Assembly: GCA_050738055.1 (NCBI GenBank)
Contig: JBOHYT010000431.1
Location: 1 to 37,526 of the forward strand
Length of the DNA: 37,526 bases
Direction: 5' to 3'
Origin: Rhodanobacteraceae bacterium
GTDB taxonomy: Bacteria > Pseudomonadota > Gammaproteobacteria > Xanthomonadales > Rhodanobacteraceae
Part shown: positions 27,094 to 35,230 of the stretch, piece by piece
Layout: every line of letters begins with the position of its first letter
Numbering within the stretch: position 1 is the stretch's first letter
The notes under the pieces: generated by a model
Told to the model about the DNA's origin: nothing
The model's database searches: none
The model's input: the letters and a program-made list of their open reading frames with translations, nothing else
Position numbers and translations under genes: made by a program

Positions 27094-28415
27094 GCCTGCG
27101 CCGCCGCTTGTTGTTCACGCTCGGACTTTCGTTCTGCGTGCTGTGGGTGCTGGCCGCCGCATGGCTGTACGGCGACCTGCGCAGCCAGATGCGCAAGACG
27201 CTCGATCAGCGGCTCGCGGCCTCGGCGCGCATGGTTGCAGGCCTGGTCGCGCAGTTGCCAGCGGGCGTCTGGAACCAGGCCGGGCAACCGGTGATGTCGA
27301 TCCCGCAAAGCATCGGCGTGGCCTGCCAGATCAGCTCACCGCAGGGGAGGGTGCTGCTGCGCACCCACGGTGATTTCGCCGGCCGGCTCGATGCGCCGGT
27401 GCCGGGCTTCAGCGACCGCGTGATCGACGGCCAGCGCTGGCGGCTTTTCACCTACGTCCAGAACGGATTGCACATCACCACCGCCGACCGACTGGCCGAA
27501 CGTACCACCCTGCAACGCAACGTGATCATTGCCGGCGCAGTGCCGTTCCTGGTCGCGCTGCTGGGCAGTCTTGCGGTGCTCTGGTTCGGGATCCGGCGCG
27601 GATTGTGGCCGCTGGAACGGTTGCGCGACGAACTCGCACACCGCGATCCCGACACCCTCGCACCGGTCGAGATCGCCGGTGCGCCCGCGGAACTCGCGCC
27701 CGCGATCGCCACCCTCAACCAATTGCTCGCGCGCACCCGCGATGCGTTGATGCGTGAACAGCGCTTCACCAGCGACGCCGCGCACGAGTTGCGCACGCCG
27801 CTGACCGCGATCAAGACCCACGTGCAACTGGCCACGCGGCTGCCGGCCGATCAGGCGCACGACGCGCTGGCCAACGCGCAGGCCGGGATCGCGCGGCTGC
27901 AACGCACGCTCGAACAGTTGTTGCTGCTGGCGCGGGTGGAGGCTGGCGAATCCGGCGGACAAGCCGATTTCGCAGCGAGTGGCCGGATCATCGAAATCGG
28001 CCTCGCAGACCTGGCGAATCGTGACCGCGTGCGCGTCAACGCGGGCGACGCTGGCGCATTGGTGGACGTGCCCGCGGAACTCGCCGCCGCCGCACTGCGC
28101 AACCTGCTCCAGAATGCCCTGCGGCACTCTCCGGCATCGTCACCGGTCGAACTCGACGTGCGGGCGACGAACGCGTACGTGACATTCACCATCTCTGACC
28201 GCGGAGACTGGCCGGCAGAAGAAAGCACCGAGCGGCTGACCCAGCGCTTCTTGCGACGCGACCGCGCCCACGTCGACGCGAAGGGCAGTGGCCTCGGGCT
28301 GGCGATCGTGGCCGCGATCACGAACCGCTTTCACGGCACGCTGGTGTTCGAAGCACGGCCCGGTGGCGGCCTGGTGGCGCGGCTGGCACTGCCACGCGCG
28401 GGCGCGGGCATATAG
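27090..28415 (+). CDS. Sensor histidine kinase (QseC/PmrB-like; two TM segments, HAMP, HisKA, HATPase_c)
   Basis: ATGA overlap with the regulator. H-box FTSDAAHELRTPL. N-box LLQNALRHS. G-boxes DRGDW and GSGLGLAIV. Confidence 0.9.
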   Translation: MSLRRRLLFTLGLSFCVLWVLAAAWLYGDLRSQMRKTLDQRLAASARMVAGLVAQLPAGVWNQAGQPVMSIPQSIGVACQISSPQGRVLLRTHGDFAGRLDAPVPGFSDRVIDGQRWRLFTYVQNGLHITTADRLAERTTLQRNVIIAGAVPFLVALLGSLAVLWFGIRRGLWPLERLRDELAHRDPDTLAPVEIAGAPAELAPAIATLNQLLARTRDALMREQRFTSDAAHELRTPLTAIKTHVQLATRLPADQAHDALANAQAGIARLQRTLEQLLLLARVEAGESGGQADFAASGRIIEIGLADLANRDRVRVNAGDAGALVDVPAELAAAALRNLLQNALRHSPASSPVELDVRATNAYVTFTISDRGDWPAEESTERLTQRFLRRDRAHVDAKGSGLGLAIVAAITNRFHGTLVFEARPGGGLVARLALPRAGAGI

Positions 28416-28465
28416 TTTCGTCGTGCGCGCGATGTTGTCGCGGTACGTGAGCCGCGAACGCCCCT

Positions 28466-29050
28466 TCAGGGCACGGCGAGGCCGGCCTGCCGGAGCAGCC
28501 GCGCCAGGGCGATCAGCGGCAGCCCGACCAGCGCGGTCGGGTCCTCGGATTCGATCCGTTCGAACAGGGCGATGCCAGCGGCTTCGGATTTGAAGCTGCC
28601 GGCGCAATCGAACGGGTGTTCGCGATCCAGATAGCGTTCGATCTCGTCGCGTCCGAGTTCACGGAAGAACACCCGGGTATGGTCGAGCGCTTTCCAGGAC
28701 TGTCCGCTGCGCGTATCGATCACGCAGACTCCGGTGAAGAAATCCACTACGTTTCCGCTACTTGCACGCAATTGTTCACGTGCATTCTCGATGTTGCCGG
28801 GTTTGTGCAGCACGGCATCGCCCAGCGCGGCCACCTGGTCCGAACCAATCACCAGCGCGTCGCGCAGGTTCTCGGCAACGGCCGACGCCTTGGCGGACGC
28901 CAGCCGGCCTGCACGCGCGGCGGGCGTCTCATCCGGCAACGGGGATTCATCCACGTCGGGACCGATGGGTTCGAAATCCTCGAGCAGGCGCCGCAACAGA
29001 TCGGCGCGGTAGCGCGAGGTCGAAGCCAGCACGATCCGCCGCGCGCTCAT
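28466..29050 (-). CDS. yceF: Maf-family nucleoside-triphosphate pyrophosphatase (YceF-type by position, divergent from yceD)
   Basis: LASTSRYR, GSDQV and GAGSFKSEAAGIALFERIE... motifs. 194 aa. Confidence 0.85.
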   Translation of the reverse strand: MSARRIVLASTSRYRADLLRRLLEDFEPIGPDVDESPLPDETPAARAGRLASAKASAVAENLRDALVIGSDQVAALGDAVLHKPGNIENAREQLRASSGNVVDFFTGVCVIDTRSGQSWKALDHTRVFFRELGRDEIERYLDREHPFDCAGSFKSEAAGIALFERIESEDPTALVGLPLIALARLLRQAGLAVP

Positions 29051-29505
29051 TGCTGCGAAAGATCCTCGATCTTCTCGCGCACTGCCGACTCCAGTGCGCG
29101 CTGCGCGGTGTCCAGTTCCTGGAGTTGCTGGGCGAGCGCGCCGCGGGCCTTGCCGATGGCGCTGACCGCGGCATCCAGCTCGCGCTGGTTGGCATTGTCG
29201 GCCTCGTCGCGCAGCCACAGCCGGTGGGCGAGCAGTTCGCGGAGCGCCGCATCGACCGCCTGACGCGCCTCGGTCTCGCCTGCCGCAGGCTGGTTCGGTC
29301 CGATCGACATCGACGCGTGTGCGCGGGCCAGGCGCGAGCGGCACTCCTTGAGGTCGTGCTCCAGCCGGTCGGCCTCGAGGTACAGCGTGCGCAGCGCGCG
29401 CTGGTGGCGAACCTCACGCAGCAGCAAATAGATGATCACCACGCAGGCGATCACCGCGACCAGCGCGGGCAGCACAATGGCGAGCAGGGTGGCGGAGGGT
29501 GACAT
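29047..29505 (-). CDS. Hypothetical membrane-anchored coiled-coil protein (start uncertain: ATG 29505 or TTG 29541)
   Basis: One N-terminal hydrophobic helix (LLAIVLPALVAVIACVVIIYLLL), then heptad-like Ala/Leu/Arg/Glu-rich sequence. ATGA overlap with the maf start. No recognisable family and no clear RBS. Confidence 0.45.
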   Translation of the reverse strand: MSPSATLLAIVLPALVAVIACVVIIYLLLREVRHQRALRTLYLEADRLEHDLKECRSRLARAHASMSIGPNQPAAGETEARQAVDAALRELLAHRLWLRDEADNANQRELDAAVSAIGKARGALAQQLQELDTAQRALESAVREKIEDLSQQ

Positions 29506-29716
29506 CGGGAATTGGATGAAGCCGCGTTGCAACGTTTTCAAGCATCATACGGGCCAAGCGGCGCCGGTGCTTGCCGGGTGTCAAACCAATTCGGACATGT
29601 TCCCGGGTTGTGCCAGATGGAGGTGTCCTCTTTGGGCCGTCAAGGTCGTGCCTTGGAGCTACGCGGAGCTGCACCCTGCCGGGTCGCGCCGGGTCGAGGG
29701 CTCGAAAAACGTTTTG

Positions 29717-29782
29717 CCACGGATTCACACGGATACCCACGGATAAAGAAGCAAATCCGTGTTCATCCATGTAGATCCGTGG
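29717..29782. repeat. CACGGAT-arm palindromic element, compact copy
   Basis: CCACGGATTCACACGGATACCCACGGATAAAGAAGCAAATCCGTGTTCATCCATGTAGATCCGTGG. Three CACGGAT motifs face three ATCC(G/A)TG motifs. Confidence 0.7.
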
Positions 29783-29937
29783 TGGGGCCGTTGCGGTTTG
29801 CGGCAGCAGCAGAAGTCCATCCATCGACGCTCCTCCGAAAAGGGGACATTTGTAACTTGCAGAGAGGGGACATTACTAACTTGGAGCTACACATGCCGGT
29901 TGACTTTGTGCAGTGCGGAATCTAGCATTCCGCGCTT

Positions 29938-30480
29938 ATGTCCGCGTCCCTGCCAGCGAGTGTGGACGCCGAACGCATGGTCGCAGGGCGGCGCTCTTTC
30001 GAAGGTGTCCTGAGCGTCGCGGAGCTGCCGCGGCTGGTGGAATCGCTGGCGGACGATCGCGGCGAGGTCGGTTACCGGCTGGATTTCGAGCAAGGCGCAT
30101 TGGGCGGTCCGCAAATGCACGTCCGCCTGACCGCCAGACTGACGCTCGAATGCCAGCGCACGCTCGAACCCTTCGAATGGCCGGCCGTGGTGGATTCCCG
30201 GCTGGGGCTGCTGGCGGACGAGGCCGGGGCGGCCGCGCTGCCGGCAGGCTGCGAGCCGTTGCTGCTGGAAGGCGGCGCGCTGTCACCGCGCCGGGTGATC
30301 GAGGATGAATTGTTGCTTGCGTTGCCGCTGGTGCCCATGAAGCCCGGCAGCGAAGCATTGCAGGGAGAATGGACCGCGCCTGAACCGGATTCGCAGGATG
30401 CGGGGCGGCGTGAACCGGTCACGCATCCGTTTGCGGAACTGCGCGATCTGCTGGAAACCGGCGAACAGAAACATCGTTGA
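29938..30480 (+). CDS. yceD: YceD/DUF177 family protein (large-subunit rRNA accumulation protein)
   Basis: 180 aa, acidic. L.C.R.LEPF and [10 protein letters not shown] motifs. Immediately upstream of rpmF, as in E. coli. Confidence 0.85.
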   Translation: MSASLPASVDAERMVAGRRSFEGVLSVAELPRLVESLADDRGEVGYRLDFEQGALGGPQMHVRLTARLTLECQRTLEPFEWPAVVDSRLGLLADEAGAAALPAGCEPLLLEGGALSPRRVIEDELLLALPLVPMKPGSEALQGEWTAPEPDSQDAGRREPVTHPFAELRDLLETGEQKHR

Positions 30481-30505
30481 ACTTGAAGCATTCAGGAGAG
30501 CCATC

Positions 30506-30700
30506 ATGGCCGTTGCCAAAAGCCGCAAATCCCCGTCCCGCCGTGGCATGCGCCGTTCGCACGACGCATTGGACAAGGTGCAGCTCGCCACCGACCCGAC
30601 GTCGGGCGAGATCCACCGCCGCCACCACATCACCAAGGACGGCTACTACCGCGGCCGCAAGGTGATCGAGGACAAGCAGGCCGTCGCCGACGAGGACTGA
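30506..30700 (+). CDS. rpmF: 50S ribosomal protein L32
   Basis: [23 protein letters not shown]-terminus. AGGAGAG RBS 6 nt upstream of the ATG at 30506. Confidence 0.95.
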   Translation: MAVAKSRKSPSRRGMRRSHDALDKVQLATDPTSGEIHRRHHITKDGYYRGRKVIEDKQAVADED

Positions 30701-30731
30701 CCTCGTTGACTGCAAGGCTGCAAACCGGCGT

Positions 30732-30761
30732 GCGGCGCATTGACGCGCCGCCGCGCTTTTT
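30732..30761 (+). terminator. Hairpin plus T-run after rpmF (partial terminator/attenuator before fabH)
   Basis: GCGGCGC-ATTGAC-GCGCCGC followed by CGCGCTTTTT. Confidence 0.4.
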
Positions 30762-30806
30762 CGTGCGCGCCATGCGGACGCGCGTTGTGAAGCGGGGAAC
30801 GACACC

Positions 30807-31775
30807 GTGACCTACGCCCGTATCCTGGCTACCGGCAGCGCGTTGCCCGAGCGCGTACTCACCAACGCCGAGCTCGAAAAGCTGGTCGACACCAGCGACG
30901 AGTGGATCCGCACGCGCACCGGCATCCGCGAGCGCCGCGTTGCCGCGGACGGCGAAACCACCGGTGATCTGGCGTTCCGCGCCGGTCAACAGGCGCTGGC
31001 CGATGCCGGCGTCAAGGCGTCCGATCTCGACATGCTGGTGCTCGGCACCACCACGCCCGACATCATCTTCCCGGCGACCGCGTGCCTGATCCAGGATCGG
31101 CTTGGCGCGAACGGTTGCATGGCGTTCGATGTGAATGCCGCGTGTTCCGGATTCATGTATGCGCTCGCCATTGCCAACAATTTCGTGTGCACCGGGCAAG
31201 TGAAGCGTGCGCTGGTGATGGGTGCGGAAACCCTGACCCGGATGATCGACTGGAGCGACCGCGAAACCTGCGTGCTGTTCGGCGATGGCGCCGGCGCGGT
31301 GGTGCTGGAAGCCTCGGACGAGCCCGGCATCATCGCCACCTGCCTGCACGCGGATGGCGGCTACAAGCACCTGCTGTACAATCCGGTCGGCGTATCCGTG
31401 GGTTTCAAGGATGAGAAGAACCATGGCGTCCGGATCAACATGAGCGGCCGCGAAGTGTTCAAGGTCGCGGTGAAGACCCTCGATTCGCTGGTGGACCAGA
31501 CCCTCAAGGCGGCGGACATGCACGCCGACGAGATCGACTGGCTGATCCCGCACCAAGCCAACCTGCGTATCATCGAAGCCACCGCGAAGCGACTCGGCAT
31601 GCCGATGGAGCGGGTCATCGTCACCGTGGACAAACACGCCAATACCTCGTCCGGATCGGTGCCGCTGGCGCTGGACGCCGCGGTGCGCTCCGGCAAGATC
31701 CAGCGTGGCCAGCACCTGTTGTTGGAGGCATTCGGCGGCGGTTTCACGTGGGCGTCGGCGATGGTGAGGTATTGA
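30807..31775 (+). CDS. fabH: 3-oxoacyl-ACP synthase III
   Basis: GTG start. NAACSGFMYAL (Cys), IPHQANLRI (His) and ANTSSGSVPLAL (Asn) motifs. Confidence 0.9.
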   Translation: MTYARILATGSALPERVLTNAELEKLVDTSDEWIRTRTGIRERRVAADGETTGDLAFRAGQQALADAGVKASDLDMLVLGTTTPDIIFPATACLIQDRLGANGCMAFDVNAACSGFMYALAIANNFVCTGQVKRALVMGAETLTRMIDWSDRETCVLFGDGAGAVVLEASDEPGIIATCLHADGGYKHLLYNPVGVSVGFKDEKNHGVRINMSGREVFKVAVKTLDSLVDQTLKAADMHADEIDWLIPHQANLRIIEATAKRLGMPMERVIVTVDKHANTSSGSVPLALDAAVRSGKIQRGQHLLLEAFGGGFTWASAMVRY

Positions 31776-31782
31776 CGAGCCT

Positions 31783-31806
31783 GGACCGGGGACCCGGGAC
31801 CCGACC
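31783..31806. repeat. Heptamer array, GGGACCC type
   Basis: GGACCGG GGACCCG GGACCCG ACC. Inverted relative to 31943-31976. Confidence 0.7.
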
Positions 31807-31912
31807 GCGGCGTGGGCTCTGTGCTCATGACAGGAACCAGCGCTTTTTCGCCAAGTGCCCCGGCGGGCGGGCTGCAAGCCTCGGATCACTGACTCAGAGT
31901 CAGAGAATGCCC

Positions 31913-32905
31913 ATGAGCGAGTTCAATCCACAACAGTCGAATGACCGGGTCCCGGGTCCCGGGTCCCCGGTCCCGGCTCTGGCATTCGTCTTCCCCGGCC
32001 AGGGTTCGCAGTCGGTCGGGATGCTGGCCGAACTCGACGCCGAGTTCCCGCATGTGCGCGCGGCGTTCGATGAAGCCTCCGACGGCGCGGGCATCGACCT
32101 GTGGGAACTTTCGCAGAAGGGGCCCGAAGCCGAACTCGGCAAGACCGAAAACACCCAGCCTGCGTTGCTGGCCGCGAGCGTCGCGATCTGGCGCGCGTGG
32201 CTGGGCGCAGGCGGCCCACTGCCCGCGCAGATGGCCGGACACAGCCTCGGCGAGTATTCGGCGCTGGTGTGCGCAGGCGCGCTGCCGTTGCGAGACGCCG
32301 CGGCGCTGGTTGCCGAACGCGGCCGGCTGATGCAGGCGGCAGTTCCGGCCGGGGTCGGGTCGATGGCGGCGGTGCTTGGCGCCGACGATGCATTGATCCA
32401 GGAAGTGTGCAGGGAAGTTTCCGGCGAGGAGGTCGTGACGCCGGCCAACTTCAACGGTCCCGGGCAACTGGTCATTGCCGGACACGCTGGTGCGGTCGAT
32501 CGCGCGACGCAGCGGCTGGCCGAGCGCGGCGTACGCAAGGTCGTCAAGTTGCAGGTGTCGGTGCCTTCGCACACGCCGCTGATGCGCGAAGCCGCCTACC
32601 AGCTCGCCGCGAAGATGGCGAACCTGCCGTGGCAGGTGCCGGCGATTCCGGTTTTGCAGAATGCCGACGCCAAGGGCCACATCGGCATCGAATTCATCCG
32701 CGCCGCACTCGAGCGCCAGTTGTACATGCCGGTGCTGTGGACCGACATCGTGCAGTCGCTGGTGCGCAACGGCGCGACCCGGATTTTCGAATGCGGTCCC
32801 GGCAAGGTGTTGGCCGGCCTGTGCAAGCGTATCGACAAGACAATCGAGACCCGATCGTTGGGCACGCCCGCCGAATTACGCGCAGCACTCGCGGAATTCG
32901 CTTGA
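31913..32905 (+). CDS. fabD: Malonyl-CoA-ACP transacylase (alternative start ATG 31907)
   Basis: FVFPGQGSQSVGM, GHSLGEYSAL and VSVPSHTPLM motifs. The roughly 22-aa N-terminal extension is encoded partly by the heptamer array. Confidence 0.9.
   Translation: MSEFNPQQSNDRVPGPGSPVPALAFVFPGQGSQSVGMLAELDAEFPHVRAAFDEASDGAGIDLWELSQKGPEAELGKTENTQPALLAASVAIWRAWLGAGGPLPAQMAGHSLGEYSALVCAGALPLRDAAALVAERGRLMQAAVPAGVGSMAAVLGADDALIQEVCREVSGEEVVTPANFNGPGQLVIAGHAGAVDRATQRLAERGVRKVVKLQVSVPSHTPLMREAAYQLAAKMANLPWQVPAIPVLQNADAKGHIGIEFIRAALERQLYMPVLWTDIVQSLVRNGATRIFECGPGKVLAGLCKRIDKTIETRSLGTPAELRAALAEFA
31943..31976. repeat. Heptamer array, GGGTCCC type, lying inside the fabD 5' coding region
   Basis: GACCGGGTCCCGGGTCCCGGGTCCCCGGTCCCGG, translated in the fabD frame as DRVPGPGSPVP. 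Confidence 0.75.
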
Positions 32906-32913
32906 AACCTCTA

Positions 32914-33028
32914 CCACGGATTTGACGCTTCTTCGCTGTTGGTGCAAGGCAAGAGCTCTTTACCACGGATTTGCACCGATGCGCACGGATCATGAGCAAT
33001 ATCCGTGTTGATCCGTGTTGATCCGTGG
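32914..33028. repeat. CACGGAT-arm palindromic element, copy 3
   Basis: CCACGGATTTGAC...CCACGGATTTGCACCGATGCGCACGGATCATGAGCAATATCCGTGTTGATCCGTGTTGATCCGTGG, between fabD and fabG. Confidence 0.7.
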
Positions 33029-33047
33029 TAATGCTTTGGAGTGAACC

Positions 33048-33794
33048 ATGATGGCTGGAATGCTTGAAGGTGAAATCGCGCTGGTGACCGGTGCGTCGCG
33101 CGGCATCGGTGCCGCGATCGCGGACGAACTGGCAGGGCAGGGCGCCAGGGTGATCGGCACCGCGACCTCGGATGCCGGCGCGCAGGCGATCACGCAACGA
33201 CTGTCCGCGCACGGTGGCGAGGGCCGGGTGTTGAACGTCACCGATGGCCCCGCGGTCGAGGCATTGATCGGCGCGATCGTCAAAGACCACGGTGGTCTGT
33301 CGATCCTGGTCAACAACGCCGGGATCACCCGCGACCAGTTGCTGATGCGGATGAAAGACGAGGACTGGCAGGCGATCCTCGACACCAACCTCACTTCGGT
33401 CTATCGCACTTCGAAGGCCGTGATGCGCACGATGATGAAGGCACGCAAGGGCCGCATCGTCAACATCGCCTCGGTCGTCGGTGTCACCGGCAATCCCGGC
33501 CAGACCAACTACGCCGCGGCCAAGGCCGGCATCATCGCGTTTTCGAAATCGCTGGCGCGCGAAGTCGGAGCGCGTGGCATCACCGTCAACGTGGTTGCGC
33601 CCGGTTTCATCGACACCGACATGACGCGTGCGCTCACCGACGAACAGCGGAAGATTCTGGAGGGCACGATCGCGCTCGGCCGCCTCGGCGCGCCCGCCGA
33701 CGTGGCGCATGCGGTGACTTTTCTCGCATCGCCAGCAGCGACCTACATCACCGGCGAAACGCTGCACGTGAACGGCGGGATGTACATGCCCTAG
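33048..33794 (+). CDS. fabG: 3-oxoacyl-ACP reductase
   Basis: TGASRGIG, NNAGITRD and the YAAAKAG (Tyr-x3-Lys) SDR motifs. GGAG 6 nt upstream. Confidence 0.95.
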   Translation: MMAGMLEGEIALVTGASRGIGAAIADELAGQGARVIGTATSDAGAQAITQRLSAHGGEGRVLNVTDGPAVEALIGAIVKDHGGLSILVNNAGITRDQLLMRMKDEDWQAILDTNLTSVYRTSKAVMRTMMKARKGRIVNIASVVGVTGNPGQTNYAAAKAGIIAFSKSLAREVGARGITVNVVAPGFIDTDMTRALTDEQRKILEGTIALGRLGAPADVAHAVTFLASPAATYITGETLHVNGGMYMP

Positions 33795-33856
33795 CGTTGT
33801 TGGCACGTGCTGGCGTCCGGTTTCCCCCGCCTATTCCTCATCTTCCGTGACGGGGG

Positions 33857-33991
33857 GTGCGCTATGACAATGAGGCAGGCAAGGGTGATCACTGGCACTA
33901 TGAGCAGCACGAGGAGCCGTACACCTTCACGACGCTGGAGGCTCTGCTGGAGGATTTTCAGTCGGATGTGATCCGATTGACGCAGGAGTGA
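33857..33991 (+). pseudogene. 44-codon ORF resembling only the C-terminal half of a TumE/DUF6516-type toxin-antitoxin protein (remnant)
   Basis: VRYDNEAGKGDHWHYEQHEEPYTFTTLEALLEDFQSDVIRLTQE. Protein-like composition in a locally lower-GC patch. The family assignment is from memory of the YDN..GKGDH.H....E.Y.F.....L..DF motif and has not been searched. Confidence 0.3.
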
Positions 33992-34284
33992 GCCGGGAAA
34001 GCCATCCTCGCAACGATACTCGCGGGTCAGGCCGGGCGGCATCGCGCGTTCCGGGGTTGGTCCGGCATGGTTCTATTGACGGCCGGAACCGGGTAATATG
34101 GCGGCTTTCGTGCCGCGGCCGCACGGCGGAATGCTGCCGCGGAAAGCCACACTGAACCGTCGTGGTCCGGCTTGAATTTGTACCCTGCGGGATCCAGCTG
34201 GACACGCCCGGCTGACACGCATGGGGTAGTGGGGAAGGGCAGAACCCGACCTCGAATGCAATTGTCCTCGGGAGGCACTGTCAC

Positions 34285-34527
34285 ATGAGCAGCATCGAAG
34301 AGCGCGTCAAGAAGATCGTGGTCGATCAGTTGGGGGTCAAGGAAGAAGACGTCACGCCGAACGCCTCGTTCGTCGACGACCTGGGTGCGGATTCGCTGGA
34401 CACCGTGGAACTGGTGATGGCGCTCGAAGAGGAATTCGAGACCGAAATCCCCGATGAGGAAGCCGAGAAGATCACCACCGTGCAGCAGGCGGTGGATTAC
34501 ATCAAGGCTCACGTCAAGTCTCCCTGA
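34285..34527 (+). CDS. acpP: Acyl carrier protein
   Basis: [19 protein letters not shown] phosphopantetheine-attachment motif. 80 aa. GGGAGG RBS. Confidence 0.95.
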   Translation: MSSIEERVKKIVVDQLGVKEEDVTPNASFVDDLGADSLDTVELVMALEEEFETEIPDEEAEKITTVQQAVDYIKAHVKSP

Positions 34528-34584
34528 CCCGGGTTGCGTCGCATGCTTCGCGGCGGCGCGGGCTTGAGTCACTGCAGCAATCCG

Positions 34585-34617
34585 AAGGCTGCGCCTCCTG
34601 TGCGCAGCTTTCGTTTT
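34585..34617 (+). terminator. Rho-independent terminator after acpP
   Basis: AAGGCTGCGC-CTCCTGT-GCGCAGCTTT stem-loop followed by TTTCGTTTT. Confidence 0.65.
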
Positions 34618-34742
34618 GAAGGGCGGAGTGTAGCGGCCGCCAAACCCATCCCCACCCCGCCCTCCCCTTGAAGGGGAGGGAGAAGAGCGCGTCCTTGCAA
34701 GACCTCGTCAACCATCGCGTTATGCTTTTTGATCCCGCGATA

Positions 34743-34811
34743 CCCGATTCTCGATTCTCGATTCTCGAGTCCCAAGTCTCGATTCTCGAACCCCGAGTCT
34801 CGAACCCCGAG
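34743..34811. repeat. Heptamer array A (about 10 units; CCCGATT/CTCGATT/CTCGAAC variants)
   Basis: CCCGATTCTCGATTCTCGATTCTCGAGTCCCAAGTCTCGATTCTCGAACCCCGAGTCTCGAACCCCGAG. Confidence 0.85.
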
Positions 34812-35002
34812 CTTTTCTTCCCCCTTCGCTTGCGAAGGGCGGAGCGGAGCGAACGCGCGCGTAGCGAGAGAGGAGAGGGATGGCTCTTTCCGGTCGGTGC
34901 GGACAGCCCCCCGCCGCTGCGCGGCAGCGCTTCGCGCTCGGCCCTGCGGGCCACCCTTCATCTGGAACGGGGTGAATGCAGTCGCGTCGTCGCAACGTTT
35001 TG

Positions 35003-35112
35003 CCGGATTCCCGATTCCAGACTCCCGACTCCCGACTCCCGACTCCCGACTCCCGAATCCAGACTACCGACCCCGACTCCCGACTCCCAATTCCCGATTC
35101 CCGATTCCCGAT
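35003..35112. repeat. Heptamer array B (about 15 units; CCCGACT/CCCGATT variants), same orientation as array A
   Basis: CCGGATTCCCGATTCCAGACTCCCGACTCCCGACTCCCGACTCCCGACTCCCGAATCCAGACTACCGACCCCGACTCCCGACTCCCAATTCCCGATTCCCGATTCCCGAT. Confidence 0.9.
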
Positions 35113-35230
35113 AACCTCGCCGCATCCTGCGGCTCGCCCTTCGGGCCATCGGCTTCGCCGATGTTCGCTTCGGCATCCTGCCTCCGCAGTCCGATTCTCG
35201 CCCAATGAGTGAACGAACCATGGAGTTTCC

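Noticed and set aside
30701-30806. Absence of plsX between rpmF and fabH, and of pabC between fabF and mltG, as possible deletions.
   Set aside because: The spacers show no gene remnants. As far as I recall, the rpmF-fabH and fabF-mltG adjacency is normal for Xanthomonas-group genomes, so this is a lineage feature rather than an anomaly.
33791-34042. 83-aa minus-strand ORF in the fabG-acpP spacer.
   Set aside because: No RBS and no motifs. It overlaps in antisense the more protein-like 44-codon plus-strand remnant.
34075-34098. TTGACG ... TAATAT as the acpP promoter.
   Set aside because: The hexamers are separated by only 12 nt, whereas sigma70 needs about 16-18. The alternative -35 at the right spacing (TTCTAT) is a poor match. 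It is not supportable from sequence alone.
34668-35212. ORFs translating the heptamer arrays into PIPDSRFP / ESGIGNRESG-type peptide repeats (34668-35114 +, 34729-35208 +, 34976-35212 +, 34720-35454 -).
   Set aside because: The apparent peptide repeats are simply the 7-bp DNA period read in three frames. There is no start or RBS context, and all frames are open at once.
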